Assembly (NCBI GenBank): GCA_036676985.1
Contig: JAKFBU010000023.1
Location: forward strand, 224,001 to 288,000
From: Candidatus Sericytochromatia bacterium
GTDB taxonomy: Bacteria > Cyanobacteriota > Sericytochromatia > S15B-MN24 > UBA4093
Direction: 5' to 3'
Length of the DNA stretch: 64,000 nucleotides
This document shows positions 35,947 through 47,580 of this stretch, one piece after another. Below the pieces are notes generated by a model. It searched no databases and had not been told where the DNA came from. It saw only the letters and a program-made list of their open reading frames with translations. How positions within the stretch are numbered: position 1 is the stretch's first letter; every line of letters starts with the position of its first letter. Made by a program: the position numbers and the translations under genes.

Positions 35947-37084
35947 CGCCCTCGGCTGGCGCAGCCGGCCCGACCTGTCCCTGCTCATCATCACGATCGC
36001 CCTCATGCTCATCGGCTTCGTGATGATCCTCTCGGCGAGCGCGCCCGCCGCCCAGATCCAGATGCGCGACAGCCTGTTCTTCGTCAAGAAGCAGGTCGCA
36101 TGGGGCCTGCTCGGCCTGGTCGCCATGGGGATCGGCATGACCCTGCCCCTGGACCGGGTCCGCACCTGGGCCAAGCCCGCCATGATCGGGACGGCGGTCA
36201 TGTGCCTCGCCATCCACATCCCGGGCGTCGGCATGACGGTCTACGGCGCCACCCGCTGGCTCAAGCTGGGCCCCTTCTCCGTGCAGCCCTCGGAGCTCGC
36301 GAAGCTGGCGCTCATCCTCTTCGTCGCGGACTTCCTCGCGCGCCACCCCGACGCGGGCTGGCGGCTCAAGGAGCACCGCCAGGTGCTCTTGCCCATCGGG
36401 GGCATGATCGCGCTCATCCTCTTCCAGCCGGACCTGGGCACCACGCTCATGTGCGCGACGGCCTGCTTCGCGCTGTTCCTGGCCAACGGCACCAAGGTCT
36501 GGAAGCTCGGCGTCTGGATGACCACGGGCATCGTGGCCGTCATGGCCATCTCCCTGACCACGCCCTACCAGCGCCTGCGCTGGCTCGCCTTCATGGACCC
36601 GTGGAAGTACCCGCGCGACATCGGCTTCCAGCTCATCCAGTCGCTCTTGGCCATCGGGTCGGGCGGCATCTTCGGCACGGGCTGGGGCCAGGGCAAGCAG
36701 AAGCTCTTCTACCTGCCCATCCAGCACGCGGACTTCATCTTCGCGGTCCTGGCCGAGGAGTTCGGCCTCATGGGGACGCTCGGCCTCGTGCTGCTGTTCC
36801 TGCTCTTCGCCCAGCGCGGCTTCGCCATCGCCAAGCGCTCGCAGAACCCCTTCCACCAGCTCCTGTGCATCGGGCTGACGACCCTCATCGTCGTGCAGGC
36901 CTTCGTCAACATCGGGGTGGTCTCGGCGGCCCTGCCCACCACGGGCATCCCGCTGCCGTTCCTGTCCGCCGGCGGCACGAGCCTCATGATCACGCTCTTC
37001 GCCGTGGGCATCATCCTCAACGTGAGCCGCCAGACCCAGGTCCAGCTGCGGCTCCTGAAGCTGGGAGACAAGGGTCAATGGTAG
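35930..37084 (+). CDS. ftsW: SEDS-family peptidoglycan polymerase FtsW
   Basis: GATRW, QPSELAK, QPDLGT, DFIFAVLAEE, GIPLPFLSAGGTS. Confidence 0.93.
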   Translation: MSSERSALGWRSRPDLSLLIITIALMLIGFVMILSASAPAAQIQMRDSLFFVKKQVAWGLLGLVAMGIGMTLPLDRVRTWAKPAMIGTAVMCLAIHIPGVGMTVYGATRWLKLGPFSVQPSELAKLALILFVADFLARHPDAGWRLKEHRQVLLPIGGMIALILFQPDLGTTLMCATACFALFLANGTKVWKLGVWMTTGIVAVMAISLTTPYQRLRWLAFMDPWKYPRDIGFQLIQSLLAIGSGGIFGTGWGQGKQKLFYLPIQHADFIFAVLAEEFGLMGTLGLVLLFLLFAQRGFAIAKRSQNPFHQLLCIGLTTLIVVQAFVNIGVVSAALPTTGIPLPFLSAGGTSLMITLFAVGIILNVSRQTQVQLRLLKLGDKGQW

Positions 37085-38166
37085 TCCTCTTCGCGGGTGG
37101 CGGCACGGGCGGCCACCTCTATCCGGCTCTCGCCCTCGCCGAGGAGCTCAAGGCGCGTGATCCCGGCGCCACCCTCGCCTTCATGGGCACGCCCAACCGC
37201 CTCGAGGCCACGCTCGTGCCCGAGAAGGGCTACCCCTTCTACCCGGTGGACGTACGCGGCATGCCCCGCAAGCTGGGTCCGGAGCTCGTGGGCTTCTTCA
37301 AGGCCCTCGCGGGCTCCCTGGGGGCCGCTCGCCGGGTCATCCGCGAGCTCCTGCCGGACGTGGTGGTGGGCACCGGCGGCTACGTGAGCGCGCCCGCCAT
37401 CCTCGCGGCGGCGAGCATGGGCCGGCCGGTCGTCATCTGCGAGCAGAACGTCTTTCCGGGCATCGCCAACCGGGTGCTCTCGCGCTTCGCCACCGAGGTC
37501 GTCACGACTTTCCCCGAGAGCGATCGCTACTTCCCGAAGGGCAAGGCCAGAAACCTCGGAAACCCCATCCGCTCCGAGGTCTACACCCTGAGCCGCGAGG
37601 CGGCCCGCGAGAAGCTTGGCTTCCCCAAGGCCGAACACCTCCTGCTCGTGACGGGCGGCAGCCTCGGGGCTCGCTCCATCAACCGGGCCCTGGTCTCGGC
37701 CCTGCCGGAGCTGTTGCAGGCCGAGGACTGGGGCATCCTGCACGTGGCGGGAAAGGGTGACTTCGGCGAGGTCGAGGCCCAGACGGCCGACCTGAGACTG
37801 GGCGATCGCTACCGCCTGGTGCCGTACCTGGAGGACCTGCCGGTGGCGATCGCCGCCTCCGACCTGGTGCTCTCGCGGGCGGGCGCCACCACCGTCGCGG
37901 AGCTCACGGCCGCCGCCAAGCCCATGGTGCTCGTGCCCTTCCAGTACGGCGGCAAGGACCAGCCCGCCAACGCGCGGGCCCTCTCGGAGGCAGGAGCGGC
38001 GATCGCCCTCGACGACCGGGACCTCACGGGCCTCGGGCCCGCGGTGGCGGAGCTCATGCAGGATGCCAAGCGTCGGGCGGCCATGGCCGAGGCGAGCCGC
38101 GGCTTCGGGCGGCCGGACGCGGCCGCCCGGATCGCCGACCGGATCCAGGAGCTCGCGCGCCGCTAA
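37078..38166 (+). CDS. murG: Lipid II GlcNAc transferase
   Basis: GGGTGGH, GGYVS, EQN, GNPIR, GGSLGA, RAGATT; ATG at 37078. Confidence 0.95.
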   Translation: MVVLFAGGGTGGHLYPALALAEELKARDPGATLAFMGTPNRLEATLVPEKGYPFYPVDVRGMPRKLGPELVGFFKALAGSLGAARRVIRELLPDVVVGTGGYVSAPAILAAASMGRPVVICEQNVFPGIANRVLSRFATEVVTTFPESDRYFPKGKARNLGNPIRSEVYTLSREAAREKLGFPKAEHLLLVTGGSLGARSINRALVSALPELLQAEDWGILHVAGKGDFGEVEAQTADLRLGDRYRLVPYLEDLPVAIAASDLVLSRAGATTVAELTAAAKPMVLVPFQYGGKDQPANARALSEAGAAIALDDRDLTGLGPAVAELMQDAKRRAAMAEASRGFGRPDAAARIADRIQELARR

Positions 38167-38420
38167 GGGCCCCGCCTCCAGACGTCACGAAGTCGTAACC
38201 GTCGCCTCATGCGGGCGCAACTCGGGCCCGCGAAGCTGGAGCTTGGGGGCGCTCCGAGCCCGGGCGAGTCGGGGCTCGCGGGCCGCCCTCTGACCCAAAG
38301 TCAGCTTCGGCCCGGTTCTGCGCTTCACGATTTCCCCATAACCGTTGTAAGCTAGGTTATGAGTCGCCCGAGGGCGCGTATAGTCTTCAAAGGGAATCCC
38401 CCTGTCATCGAGGAACCACC

Positions 38421-39800
38421 GTGAACAACACCCCTGCCCACCACTTCATCGGGATCGGCGGCGTCGGAATGAGCGCCATCGCCCAGGTCCTGCATGAACA
38501 AGGGGTGACGGTCACGGGATCGGACCAGGCGGCCTCCTCGACCTCGCGCCGCCTCGCCGACCTGGGGGTCTCCATCCACATCGGGCATGCCGCCGAGAAC
38601 GTGGCCGCGGCCGACGTGGTGGTGGTCTCGACGGCCGTCGGCCCCGAGAACCCCGAACTCAAGGCTGCCCAGGAGCGGGGCCTCGTCGTCAAGCACCGCT
38701 CGGAGGTCCTCGCCGAGCTCATGGCCCGCCACCGCTCCATCGCCGTCTCCGGCACTCACGGCAAGACGACCACCACCGGCATGGTGGCGAGCATCCTCCT
38801 GGGCGCCGACCAGGACCCCACGGTGCTCGTCGGCGGCGAGCTGCCCCTCATCGGCGGCACGGCCCGCACCGGCAAGAGCCCCTTCCTGGTCGCCGAGGCC
38901 GACGAGTCCGACAAATCCATCCGCCGCCTCACCGCCGAGATCGTCATCCTGACCAACCTCGAGGGCGACCACCTCGAGCACTACCGCGACCTCGACGAGA
39001 TCTACGAGGTCATGCTCGCCTTCTTCGCGAGCCTGCCCGAGCATGCGCAGGTCGTGGCCTGCGTGGACGACCCCGGCGTGCGCGCCATCCTCGCGCGCAT
39101 CCCCCGCCAGGTCCACACCTACGGCTTTTCGCCCGAGGCGGACTACCGCATCGAGGGCGAGGTGCTCGAGGGCACTGGCGGCTGCTTCGCCCTCAACGAG
39201 GTCCCCTTCCGCACCTCGGTGCCGGGCCGCCACAACGTCTCCAACGCCAGCGCCGCCATCGTGGCCGCCTACCTGCTCGGCCTGGACGCCAACGCCGTCC
39301 GCCCGGGCCTGGAGGCCTTCACGGGCGTGGGCCGGCGCTTCCAGATCAAGGGCACCGAGGCGGGTGTGACGGTGGTGGACGACTACGCCCACCATCCCAC
39401 CGAGATCAAGGCCACCCTCCAGGCGGCCCATCTGTTGAACCGCCCCGTCTGGGTCGTCTTCCAGCCCCACCGCTACACCCGCACCCTGGCCCTCTTCGAG
39501 GACTTCGCCGACTCCTTCGGCGCCGTGCGCGGCGTGGGCGTCATGGACGTCTACAGCGCGGGCGAGGCCCCCAACGGCGTCACGACGGCACAGCTGGTCG
39601 AGCGCATGCGGGCCAAACACCCGGAGCTCGCCGTTCACCACTGGCCCGATCACGCCGCCGCCGAAGAGGGCCTGCTCGCCCAGGTGCAGGAGGGCGACCT
39701 CGTGCTCCTGATGGGTGCCGGCAACGTCTTCAAGCTCGCCGATCCCCTCTTGGCTCGGCTGCGCACCCGCCTGGCCGCGCCCACCGGGAGCCCCGCCTAG
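38421..39800 (+). CDS. murC: UDP-MurNAc--L-Ala ligase
   Basis: GIGGVGMS, GTHGKTTT, EADESD, DDYAHHPTE, FQPHRY. Confidence 0.96.
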   Translation: MNNTPAHHFIGIGGVGMSAIAQVLHEQGVTVTGSDQAASSTSRRLADLGVSIHIGHAAENVAAADVVVVSTAVGPENPELKAAQERGLVVKHRSEVLAELMARHRSIAVSGTHGKTTTTGMVASILLGADQDPTVLVGGELPLIGGTARTGKSPFLVAEADESDKSIRRLTAEIVILTNLEGDHLEHYRDLDEIYEVMLAFFASLPEHAQVVACVDDPGVRAILARIPRQVHTYGFSPEADYRIEGEVLEGTGGCFALNEVPFRTSVPGRHNVSNASAAIVAAYLLGLDANAVRPGLEAFTGVGRRFQIKGTEAGVTVVDDYAHHPTEIKATLQAAHLLNRPVWVVFQPHRYTRTLALFEDFADSFGAVRGVGVMDVYSAGEAPNGVTTAQLVERMRAKHPELAVHHWPDHAAAEEGLLAQVQEGDLVLLMGAGNVFKLADPLLARLRTRLAAPTGSPA

Positions 39801-40700
39801 ATGCTCACCGCGCTCGAGATCCGCGAGGGCGTTCCCCTCGCCCCCTTCACGTCCTGGCGCGTCGGGGGGCCCGCCCGCTACTACCTGGAGCCGGGCTCGG
39901 TCGCCGAGCTGGAGATGGCCCTCGCCTGGGCCCGGGACAAGGGCCTGCCGCACTTCGTGCTCGGCAAGGGCAGTAACTTGCTCATCGCGGACGCCGGCTT
40001 CGACGGCCTGGTGCTGCGCATGACCAGCCGCATGGGTGCTTTCCTCGTGGAGGACGACCTGGTCACGGCCGAGGCCGGCTGCGCCAACAGCGCGCTCGTC
40101 AAGGCGGCCGCCGAGCAGGACCGGGGCGGCCTCGAGTTCCTCACGACCATCCCGGGCACGGTCGGCGGCGCGGTCTTCATGAACGCGGGCGCCCACGGGG
40201 CCTCGGTCTCGGACGTGCTCGTCTCGGCCCAGGTGCTCCTTCCGGACGGACGCCTGCTCACCCAGACGGGCGAGGAGCTCGCCTACCGTTACCGCTACTC
40301 CAACCTCGCGGAGCGGGGCGGCATCGTCGTCGGCGCCACCCTGCGCACGGTCGCCAAGCCCCAGGCCGAGGTCCAGGCCGAGGTCGCGGCCCTCTCCAAG
40401 TGGCGGCGCGAGCGCCAGCCGCAGGGCCTTTCGGCGGGCTCGGTCTTCACCAACCCCCCGGGCACCAGCGCCGGCCGGCTCATCGAGGACACGGGCTGCA
40501 AGGGCCTGACCGTCGGCCGCGCCCAGGTCTCGCCGGTCCATGCCAACTTCTTCGTGAACCTGGGCGGCGCCACCGAGGCCGACCTGAACGGCCTCATCCG
40601 CGAGGTCCAGGTGCGGGTCCATGACAAGCACGGGCTCTGGCTGCATCCCGAAGTGCGTGGCGTCGGCTGCCACGTCGGCCTGGAGGTGGCCCGGTCTTGA
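39801..40700 (+). CDS. murB: UDP-N-acetylenolpyruvoylglucosamine reductase
   Basis: GKGSNLL, IPGTVGGAVFMNAGA, SAGSVF, HANF. Confidence 0.95.
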   Translation: MLTALEIREGVPLAPFTSWRVGGPARYYLEPGSVAELEMALAWARDKGLPHFVLGKGSNLLIADAGFDGLVLRMTSRMGAFLVEDDLVTAEAGCANSALVKAAAEQDRGGLEFLTTIPGTVGGAVFMNAGAHGASVSDVLVSAQVLLPDGRLLTQTGEELAYRYRYSNLAERGGIVVGATLRTVAKPQAEVQAEVAALSKWRRERQPQGLSAGSVFTNPPGTSAGRLIEDTGCKGLTVGRAQVSPVHANFFVNLGGATEADLNGLIREVQVRVHDKHGLWLHPEVRGVGCHVGLEVARS

Positions 40701-41410
40701 GCGATCGCCCGGCCGCCCTGTTTCCCGCCCACGGACCCTGGGGCTTCATCCAGGCGTTCGTGCTCGGTGGGGCGCTCGTCGCCCTCTGGCTCATGCCCCA
40801 GTGGAACTGGGCGGGCGAGCTGCGCATCGCGGGCAACCAGCGCCTCACCCATGACAAGGTGGCCAAGGCCGTCAAGGGCCTGGAGGGCAAGCCTCTCTTC
40901 CTGATCGACCCCGCGGCCATCCGCGCGCGGGTCAAGGGCCTGGACGGCGTGGAGGACGTGAAGGTCCGCCGCTGGCTGTTGCCCGCTCGCATCGAGGTCA
41001 CGGTCAAGGAGCGATCGCCGGTGCTCCGGGTGGCGGGCGGGTCCGCCTACCTGGACGCGACGGGGGTGGCCTTCCGCCTTCCCGCCGGTGCCGACCAGGC
41101 GGCGATCCCCATCGAAGCGCTGGTCGCCTCGCGCTCGTTCCTCCCCACCGAGCAGGCCGCCCTCAAGGTGCTCCTCGCCAACTGGCCCCAAGGCGCTCGC
41201 GGCACGCTCGACGTGCGGAATCCGGCCGCATGGGGGGCCACCATCGACGGAGTGCAGATCATGCTGGGCGCTCCCGAGCAGATGGCGGAGAAACTTCGGC
41301 TCTATTCCCACCTCCTCCCCCTAGCGCGCAAGAGTGGGAAGGCGATAAGATATATGGACCTGCGATTCCCCGAATCCCCCACCGTCCGGACCTCCGAGGC
41401 CTCTCCATGA
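40697..41410 (+). CDS. ftsQ: FtsQ/DivIB cell division protein
   Basis: TM + POTRA (IAGNQRL...VKER) + YMDLRF. Confidence 0.8.
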   Translation: MSDRPAALFPAHGPWGFIQAFVLGGALVALWLMPQWNWAGELRIAGNQRLTHDKVAKAVKGLEGKPLFLIDPAAIRARVKGLDGVEDVKVRRWLLPARIEVTVKERSPVLRVAGGSAYLDATGVAFRLPAGADQAAIPIEALVASRSFLPTEQAALKVLLANWPQGARGTLDVRNPAAWGATIDGVQIMLGAPEQMAEKLRLYSHLLPLARKSGKAIRYMDLRFPESPTVRTSEASP

Positions 41411-42093
41411 AGAACAACTGGCTCATCCCCGTCGGAGTCGTCTCCATCGTGATGGGCTTCCTCCTCTCCACCCAGATCCGCAACCAGATGGACTACAAGC
41501 AGTCCCTGCCGAGTCGTCGCGTCGAGGACCTGATGGTGCTGCTCAAGAACGCCGAGGAGGCCAAGGCCGGCCTCGAGAAGGAGGTGCAGGTCCTGCGCCA
41601 GGCCAAGGGCGGCGCCAGCCGCCGCTCGGACGCCACGGACCTCGCGGCGGGCCTCGTCGCGGTCCAGGGCCCGGGCCTCGAGGTGGTGGTCTCGGACTCG
41701 GCCAAGCCGCTGCAGAAGGGCGAGGACCCCAACATCGCCATCGTCCACAACGACGACCTCTTGCGCCTGGTCAACGAGCTGAGGGCAGGCGGAGCCGAGG
41801 CCGTCGCGATCAACGACCAGCGATTGGTCGATACCAGCGAGATCACCTGCGCCGGTTCTACCATCCTGGTTAATCAGTCGCGCATCACCCCGCCCTTTGT
41901 CATCCGCGGGGTCGGAAACCCAGAGACCATGAGCGCTGCGCTGGCCTTGCGGGGCGGAATCATCGAATACTTGCAATTCTACGGAATCCAAGTTAGTATT
42001 TCTAAGAAAACCGAGGTCCTGATCCCGATGTACAGCGGCGGGAGCCAGTATCGCTACGCCAAGCCCGTGAAGCTACCGGAGAACCCGTCATGA
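41407..42093 (+). CDS. DUF881 (YlxX/YlxW-like) protein
   Basis: AGLVAVQGPGLEV, VHNDDL, NELRAGGAEAVAINDQR, PPFVIRGVG. Confidence 0.88.
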   Translation: MKNNWLIPVGVVSIVMGFLLSTQIRNQMDYKQSLPSRRVEDLMVLLKNAEEAKAGLEKEVQVLRQAKGGASRRSDATDLAAGLVAVQGPGLEVVVSDSAKPLQKGEDPNIAIVHNDDLLRLVNELRAGGAEAVAINDQRLVDTSEITCAGSTILVNQSRITPPFVIRGVGNPETMSAALALRGGIIEYLQFYGIQVSISKKTEVLIPMYSGGSQYRYAKPVKLPENPS

Positions 42094-42440
42094 TGGGCGC
42101 CATCGTTACACTGGGCGGGCTGATCGTCGGTATCCTGCTCGGCGCGTTCTTCCCACTGAGCATCCCCCAGTACCTGTCCAAGTACTTCGCGGTCGCCATC
42201 CTCGCGGCCTTGGACACCGGGTTCGGAGGCATTCGCTCCAGCTTGGAGGAGCGGTTCGGCCTCACGGTGTTCATCAGCGGGTTCGTCGCGAACACGCTGT
42301 TCGCCGCAGGGCTCGCCTATCTCGGCGATCAGCTCGGCATCGACCTGTACCTCGCGGCGATCGTGGTCTTCGGGGTGCGAATCTTCGAGAACCTGGCCAA
42401 GATTCGCCGCCTCATTCTCGGTCGTTTCTGGACATTTTAA
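42090..42440 (+). CDS. sbp: Small basic protein (DUF1290, Sbp-like)
   Basis: AILAALDTGFGG, SGFVAN, LYLAAIVVFGVRIFENLAKIRR. Confidence 0.88.
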   Translation: MMGAIVTLGGLIVGILLGAFFPLSIPQYLSKYFAVAILAALDTGFGGIRSSLEERFGLTVFISGFVANTLFAAGLAYLGDQLGIDLYLAAIVVFGVRIFENLAKIRRLILGRFWTF

Positions 42441-42461
42441 GGAAGGCTTAGGAAGAACACC

Positions 42462-43610
<1,149 letters not shown>

Positions 43611-43623
43611 GCGATCGCACTCT

Positions 43624-43657
43624 CGAAAGGGGTCCCCGGTTCCGGGGGCCCCTTTCG
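43624..43657 (+). terminator. dcw/ftsZ terminator
   Basis: CGAAAGGGGTCCCCGG-TT-CCGGGGGCCCCTTTCG. Confidence 0.7.
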
Positions 43658-43753
43658 CCGCAAGGGGCGCCGATCCTTTGCTTAGCGCGCCGCATGCCGT
43701 AGAATAGGGAAGTTTGCGGCCTTGCCGCCCGAGCACCCTGGATTGAGGTCACC

Positions 43754-46576
43754 GTGGATTACAAAGAGACAGTCAACCTTCCGACGACGGACTTTCCCAT
43801 GCGCGCCAACTCGGCCCAGCGCGAGCCCGAGATCCAGGCCAAGTGGCTAGCCGACCAGGTCTACGAGCAGATGCTCGCGCGCCGCCAGGACGCGCCCAGC
43901 TACATCCTCCACGACGGCCCTCCCTACTCGAGCTCGGGGGCGATCCACATCGGGCATGCCCTCAACAAGACGCTCAAGGACATCGTCGTCAAGTACAAGT
44001 CGCTGTCGGGCTTCCGCGCGCCCTTCGTGCCGGGTTACGACACCCACGGCCTGCCGACCGAGCTTGCGGCCCTCAAGGAGCTCAAGGCCAAGCACCAGGA
44101 CCTGAGCCCCATCGACGTGCGGCGCCTGAGCAAGGAGTTCGCCCTCAAGTCGATCGCCAGCCAGAAGCAGCACTTCATGCGGCTGGGCGGCTTCGGTGAC
44201 TGGGACCATCCCTACGTGACCCTGGATCCCGCCTACGAGGCCCAGCAGATCCGGGTCTTCGGCGAGATGGCCCACAAGGGCTACATCTACAAGGGCCTCA
44301 AGCCCGTCTACTGGTGCTCGTTCGACGTGACGGCCCTGGCCGAGGCCGAGGTCGAGTACGCCGACCACGTGAGCCCGAGCATCTACGTGCGCTTCCCGCT
44401 GACGGAGGTCCCCGAGTCGGCGGGCCTCGTGAAGGGCCTCCTGGACCAGGGCAAGCCCGTCAGCATGGCCATCTGGACCACGACCCCCTGGACCCTGCCC
44501 GCCAACCTGGCCGTCGCGCTCGGTCCGGACATCGAGTACGTGGTGCTGGACACCCAGGAGCACGGCTACCTGGTGGTGGCGACCGACCTGGTCGACGCCT
44601 TCCTCGCCGAGACGGGCCTGTCGGCCAAGCGCCTGGACGGCGCGTTCTTCGGCAAGGCGCTCGAGGGCGCCCGCTACCGGCACGTCTTCCTGGACCGCGT
44701 GAGCCCCCTCATCCTGGGCGAGCACGTGACGACCGAGACCGGTACGGGGGCCGTCCACACCGCGCCCGGCCACGGCGTCGAGGACTACGAGGTCGGCCAG
44801 AAGTACGGCCTGGACGTGCTCGCGCCCCTCAACGACCGCGGCATCTTCGTCGAGGCGGCGGGTCCTTTGGTGGCGGGCCAGCACTACTCCAAGGCCAACG
44901 CCGTCATCATCGAGGAGCTGGGCCGGCTCGGCGTGCTCCTCGGCCACAAGGAGTTCAGCCACTCCTACCCGCACTGCTGGCGCTGCAAGCACCCGGTCAT
45001 CTTCCGGGCCACCGAGCAGTGGTTCGCGTCGGTGGACGGCTTCCGCCAGCAGGCCCTCGAGGCCATCAAGGGCGTGAACTGGATCCCCGCCTTCGGCGAG
45101 GTGCGCATCGCCAACATGGTCGCCGACCGCTCGGACTGGTGCATCTCGCGCCAGCGCAGCTGGGGCGTGCCCATCCCCGTCTTCTACTGCACCAAGGACA
45201 ACGAGCCCCTCATCACGCCCGAGACCATCGAGGCGGTGGCGAGCCGCTTCGCCTTGGAGGGTGCGGATGCCTGGTGGATCCGCGAGGACCATGAGCTCCT
45301 GCCCGCGGGCACGGCCTGCCCCCGGTGCGGCGGGACCGAGTTCCGCAAGGAAAAGGACATCATGGACGTCTGGTTCGACTCGGGCTCGTCCTGGTCGTCG
45401 GTCGTCGAGGCGCGTCCCGAGCTCTCCTACCCGGCGGACCTCTACCTGGAGGGCGCCGACCAGTACCGCGGCTGGTTCCAGTCGTCCCTGCTGACGTCGG
45501 TCGCGACCCGCGGCCGCGCGCCCTACCGGACGGTGCTGACCCACGGCTTCGTCATGGACGGCCAGGGCCGCAAGATGTCCAAGAGCCTCGGCAACGTGGT
45601 CGAACCCCTGGAGGTCATCAAGCAGTACGGCGCCGACGTCCTCCGGCTCTACGTCTCGAGCGTGGACTACATGAGCGACATGCGCATCTCGGAGGTCATC
45701 CTCAAGCAGCTCTCCGAGGTCTACCGCAAGATCCGCAACACCGCGCGCTACCTGATGAGCAACCTCGCGGACTTCGAGCCCGCGCGCCACGCGGTGCCCT
45801 TCGCGGAGCTGGGCGAGCTGGATCGCTACGCCATGCACCGCCTCCAGGAGATGATCTCCGAGGTGACGGGCGCGTTCGAGCGCTTCGAGTTCTTCCGCTT
45901 CTACCAGCTCATCCAGAACTACTGCGTGGTGGACCTGTCGAGCTTCTACCTGGACGTCCTCAAGGATCGCCTCTACGCCTCGAGCCCCAACGCGACGGAT
46001 CGCCGGGCCGCCCAGACGGTCATGTACGAGATCCTCTCGGCCCTGATGCGCATGGTCTCGCCCGTGCTCTCGCACCTGGCGGAGGACATCCACACCTACC
46101 TGCCCGCGAGCCAGAAGGGCTCGGAGGCGAGCGTCTTCATGCTCGACTGGCCCAAGGTCCAGGAGGCGTACCGGGACGAGGCGCTCGCCAAGCGCTGGGA
46201 GCGGATCATCGCCCTGCGCGAGATGGTCAACAAGGCCCTCGAGAACGCCCGCCAGGCCAAGGTCATCGGCGGCAGCCTCGAGGCGAGCGTGACGCTGGTG
46301 CCCAAGACGCCCGAGGTGCACGACCTGCTCCTCAGCCTGGGCGCCAACCTCGCCAAGGTGCTGATCGTCTCGGAGGCCATCGTGACCTCGGCCGGCGCCG
46401 AGCCCCCCGAGGGGGCCGTCGTCGAACCGGACCTCGCGGTCAAGGTGGCCAAGGCGCCCGGTGAAAAATGTGAGCGCTGCTGGGTCTATTCGCCGGCGGT
46501 CGGCGAGAGCCGGGAGCATGCCACGCTGTGCGATCGCTGCGTGGGAGTGGTGAGCGAGTTGGTCGGCACGCGCTAG
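43754..46576 (+). CDS. ileS: Isoleucine--tRNA ligase (type 1)
   Basis: HIGH, KMSKS, WCISRQR, C-terminal CERCW...CDRC Zn finger. Confidence 0.97.
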   Translation: MDYKETVNLPTTDFPMRANSAQREPEIQAKWLADQVYEQMLARRQDAPSYILHDGPPYSSSGAIHIGHALNKTLKDIVVKYKSLSGFRAPFVPGYDTHGLPTELAALKELKAKHQDLSPIDVRRLSKEFALKSIASQKQHFMRLGGFGDWDHPYVTLDPAYEAQQIRVFGEMAHKGYIYKGLKPVYWCSFDVTALAEAEVEYADHVSPSIYVRFPLTEVPESAGLVKGLLDQGKPVSMAIWTTTPWTLPANLAVALGPDIEYVVLDTQEHGYLVVATDLVDAFLAETGLSAKRLDGAFFGKALEGARYRHVFLDRVSPLILGEHVTTETGTGAVHTAPGHGVEDYEVGQKYGLDVLAPLNDRGIFVEAAGPLVAGQHYSKANAVIIEELGRLGVLLGHKEFSHSYPHCWRCKHPVIFRATEQWFASVDGFRQQALEAIKGVNWIPAFGEVRIANMVADRSDWCISRQRSWGVPIPVFYCTKDNEPLITPETIEAVASRFALEGADAWWIREDHELLPAGTACPRCGGTEFRKEKDIMDVWFDSGSSWSSVVEARPELSYPADLYLEGADQYRGWFQSSLLTSVATRGRAPYRTVLTHGFVMDGQGRKMSKSLGNVVEPLEVIKQYGADVLRLYVSSVDYMSDMRISEVILKQLSEVYRKIRNTARYLMSNLADFEPARHAVPFAELGELDRYAMHRLQEMISEVTGAFERFEFFRFYQLIQNYCVVDLSSFYLDVLKDRLYASSPNATDRRAAQTVMYEILSALMRMVSPVLSHLAEDIHTYLPASQKGSEASVFMLDWPKVQEAYRDEALAKRWERIIALREMVNKALENARQAKVIGGSLEASVTLVPKTPEVHDLLLSLGANLAKVLIVSEAIVTSAGAEPPEGAVVEPDLAVKVAKAPGEKCERCWVYSPAVGESREHATLCDRCVGVVSELVGTR

Positions 46577-46614
46577 GCCGATTTCACAGGGACGAGGACG
46601 TCCGAGGAGGTTCA

Positions 46615-47577
46615 ATGGAGACCCTTACTCAGCCCGGGACCGGCGAGGTCCGCATCCGCAAGTTCGAGATCGGGGACCTGCCCCAGGTGGCCGAGATCCG
46701 CAACGCCTCGATCGCGATCTCGACGGACTTCTACTCGATGACCGTCGATCGGATCCGGCCGCCCTCCGAGACCTCGGATCTGGAGCTCACCAGCGAGATC
46801 CTGGTGGCGGACATCGGCGGCAAGGTGCGCGGCTACGTCCACATCTACACCGACCCGTCCCTGATGGCCCACGGCCGCATCAACATCGACGGGCTGCACG
46901 TGCACCCGGACCACCAGCGCGACGGCATCGGCGCCATGCTGCTCGAAGCCGCGACGGCCAAGGCCACCGAGTGGGGCGGCCGCTACCTGAGCATCGCGAT
47001 TCCCGCCGGCGTCGTGAGCTCGCAGACCTTCCTGCTCAAGCACGAGTTCCAGCTGGTCCGCTACTTCTGGAAGCTGCGCCACACGACCCTCGCGGAGCTG
47101 CCGGCGCCCAGCCTGCCCGAGGGCTACTCGTTCCGCAGCTTCCGCCAGGGCATCGACGAGTACGCCTTCCTCGAGCTGCTCAATACCTCGTTTGCCGACA
47201 ACTGGGACTTCGCCCCGGTGAGCAAGGAGGAGCTGGAGCGCTGGAAGTTGCGCCCGGACTTCAACCCCAAGGGCTGCTTCTTTGTCTCGCACGGAGAGGT
47301 GGACGTGGCGGTCGCGACCGTGCTCCTGGATCGCCAGCAGGACGCCGAGACCATGGACGGCGCGGCGCGCATCTTCGAGTTCGGTGTGCTGCCCCAGTAC
47401 CGCGGCAAGGGGATCGGCTACGGCATCCTGCTCAAGGCAGCGGAGTTCGCCCGCGCCAACGAGCTGCCGGTGCTGGAGCTCGTGGTCGACGGCCATGACG
47501 ACCATGCCAAGGCCATGTACGAGCGGGTGGGCTTCCAGGAGAAGCGCGCCATCCTCGTCTTCCACAAGGTCCTCTAG
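46615..47577 (+). CDS. Tandem GNAT-domain acetyltransferase
   Basis: VHPDHQRDGIG and VLPQYRGKGIG motif-A repeats; GGAGG RBS. Confidence 0.85.
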   Translation: METLTQPGTGEVRIRKFEIGDLPQVAEIRNASIAISTDFYSMTVDRIRPPSETSDLELTSEILVADIGGKVRGYVHIYTDPSLMAHGRINIDGLHVHPDHQRDGIGAMLLEAATAKATEWGGRYLSIAIPAGVVSSQTFLLKHEFQLVRYFWKLRHTTLAELPAPSLPEGYSFRSFRQGIDEYAFLELLNTSFADNWDFAPVSKEELERWKLRPDFNPKGCFFVSHGEVDVAVATVLLDRQQDAETMDGAARIFEFGVLPQYRGKGIGYGILLKAAEFARANELPVLELVVDGHDDHAKAMYERVGFQEKRAILVFHKVL

Positions 47578-47580
47578 GCC

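Noticed and set aside
36100-38166. 688-aa ORF as a fused protein
   Set aside because: The 5' part is an off-frame read of ftsW; murG starts at 37078
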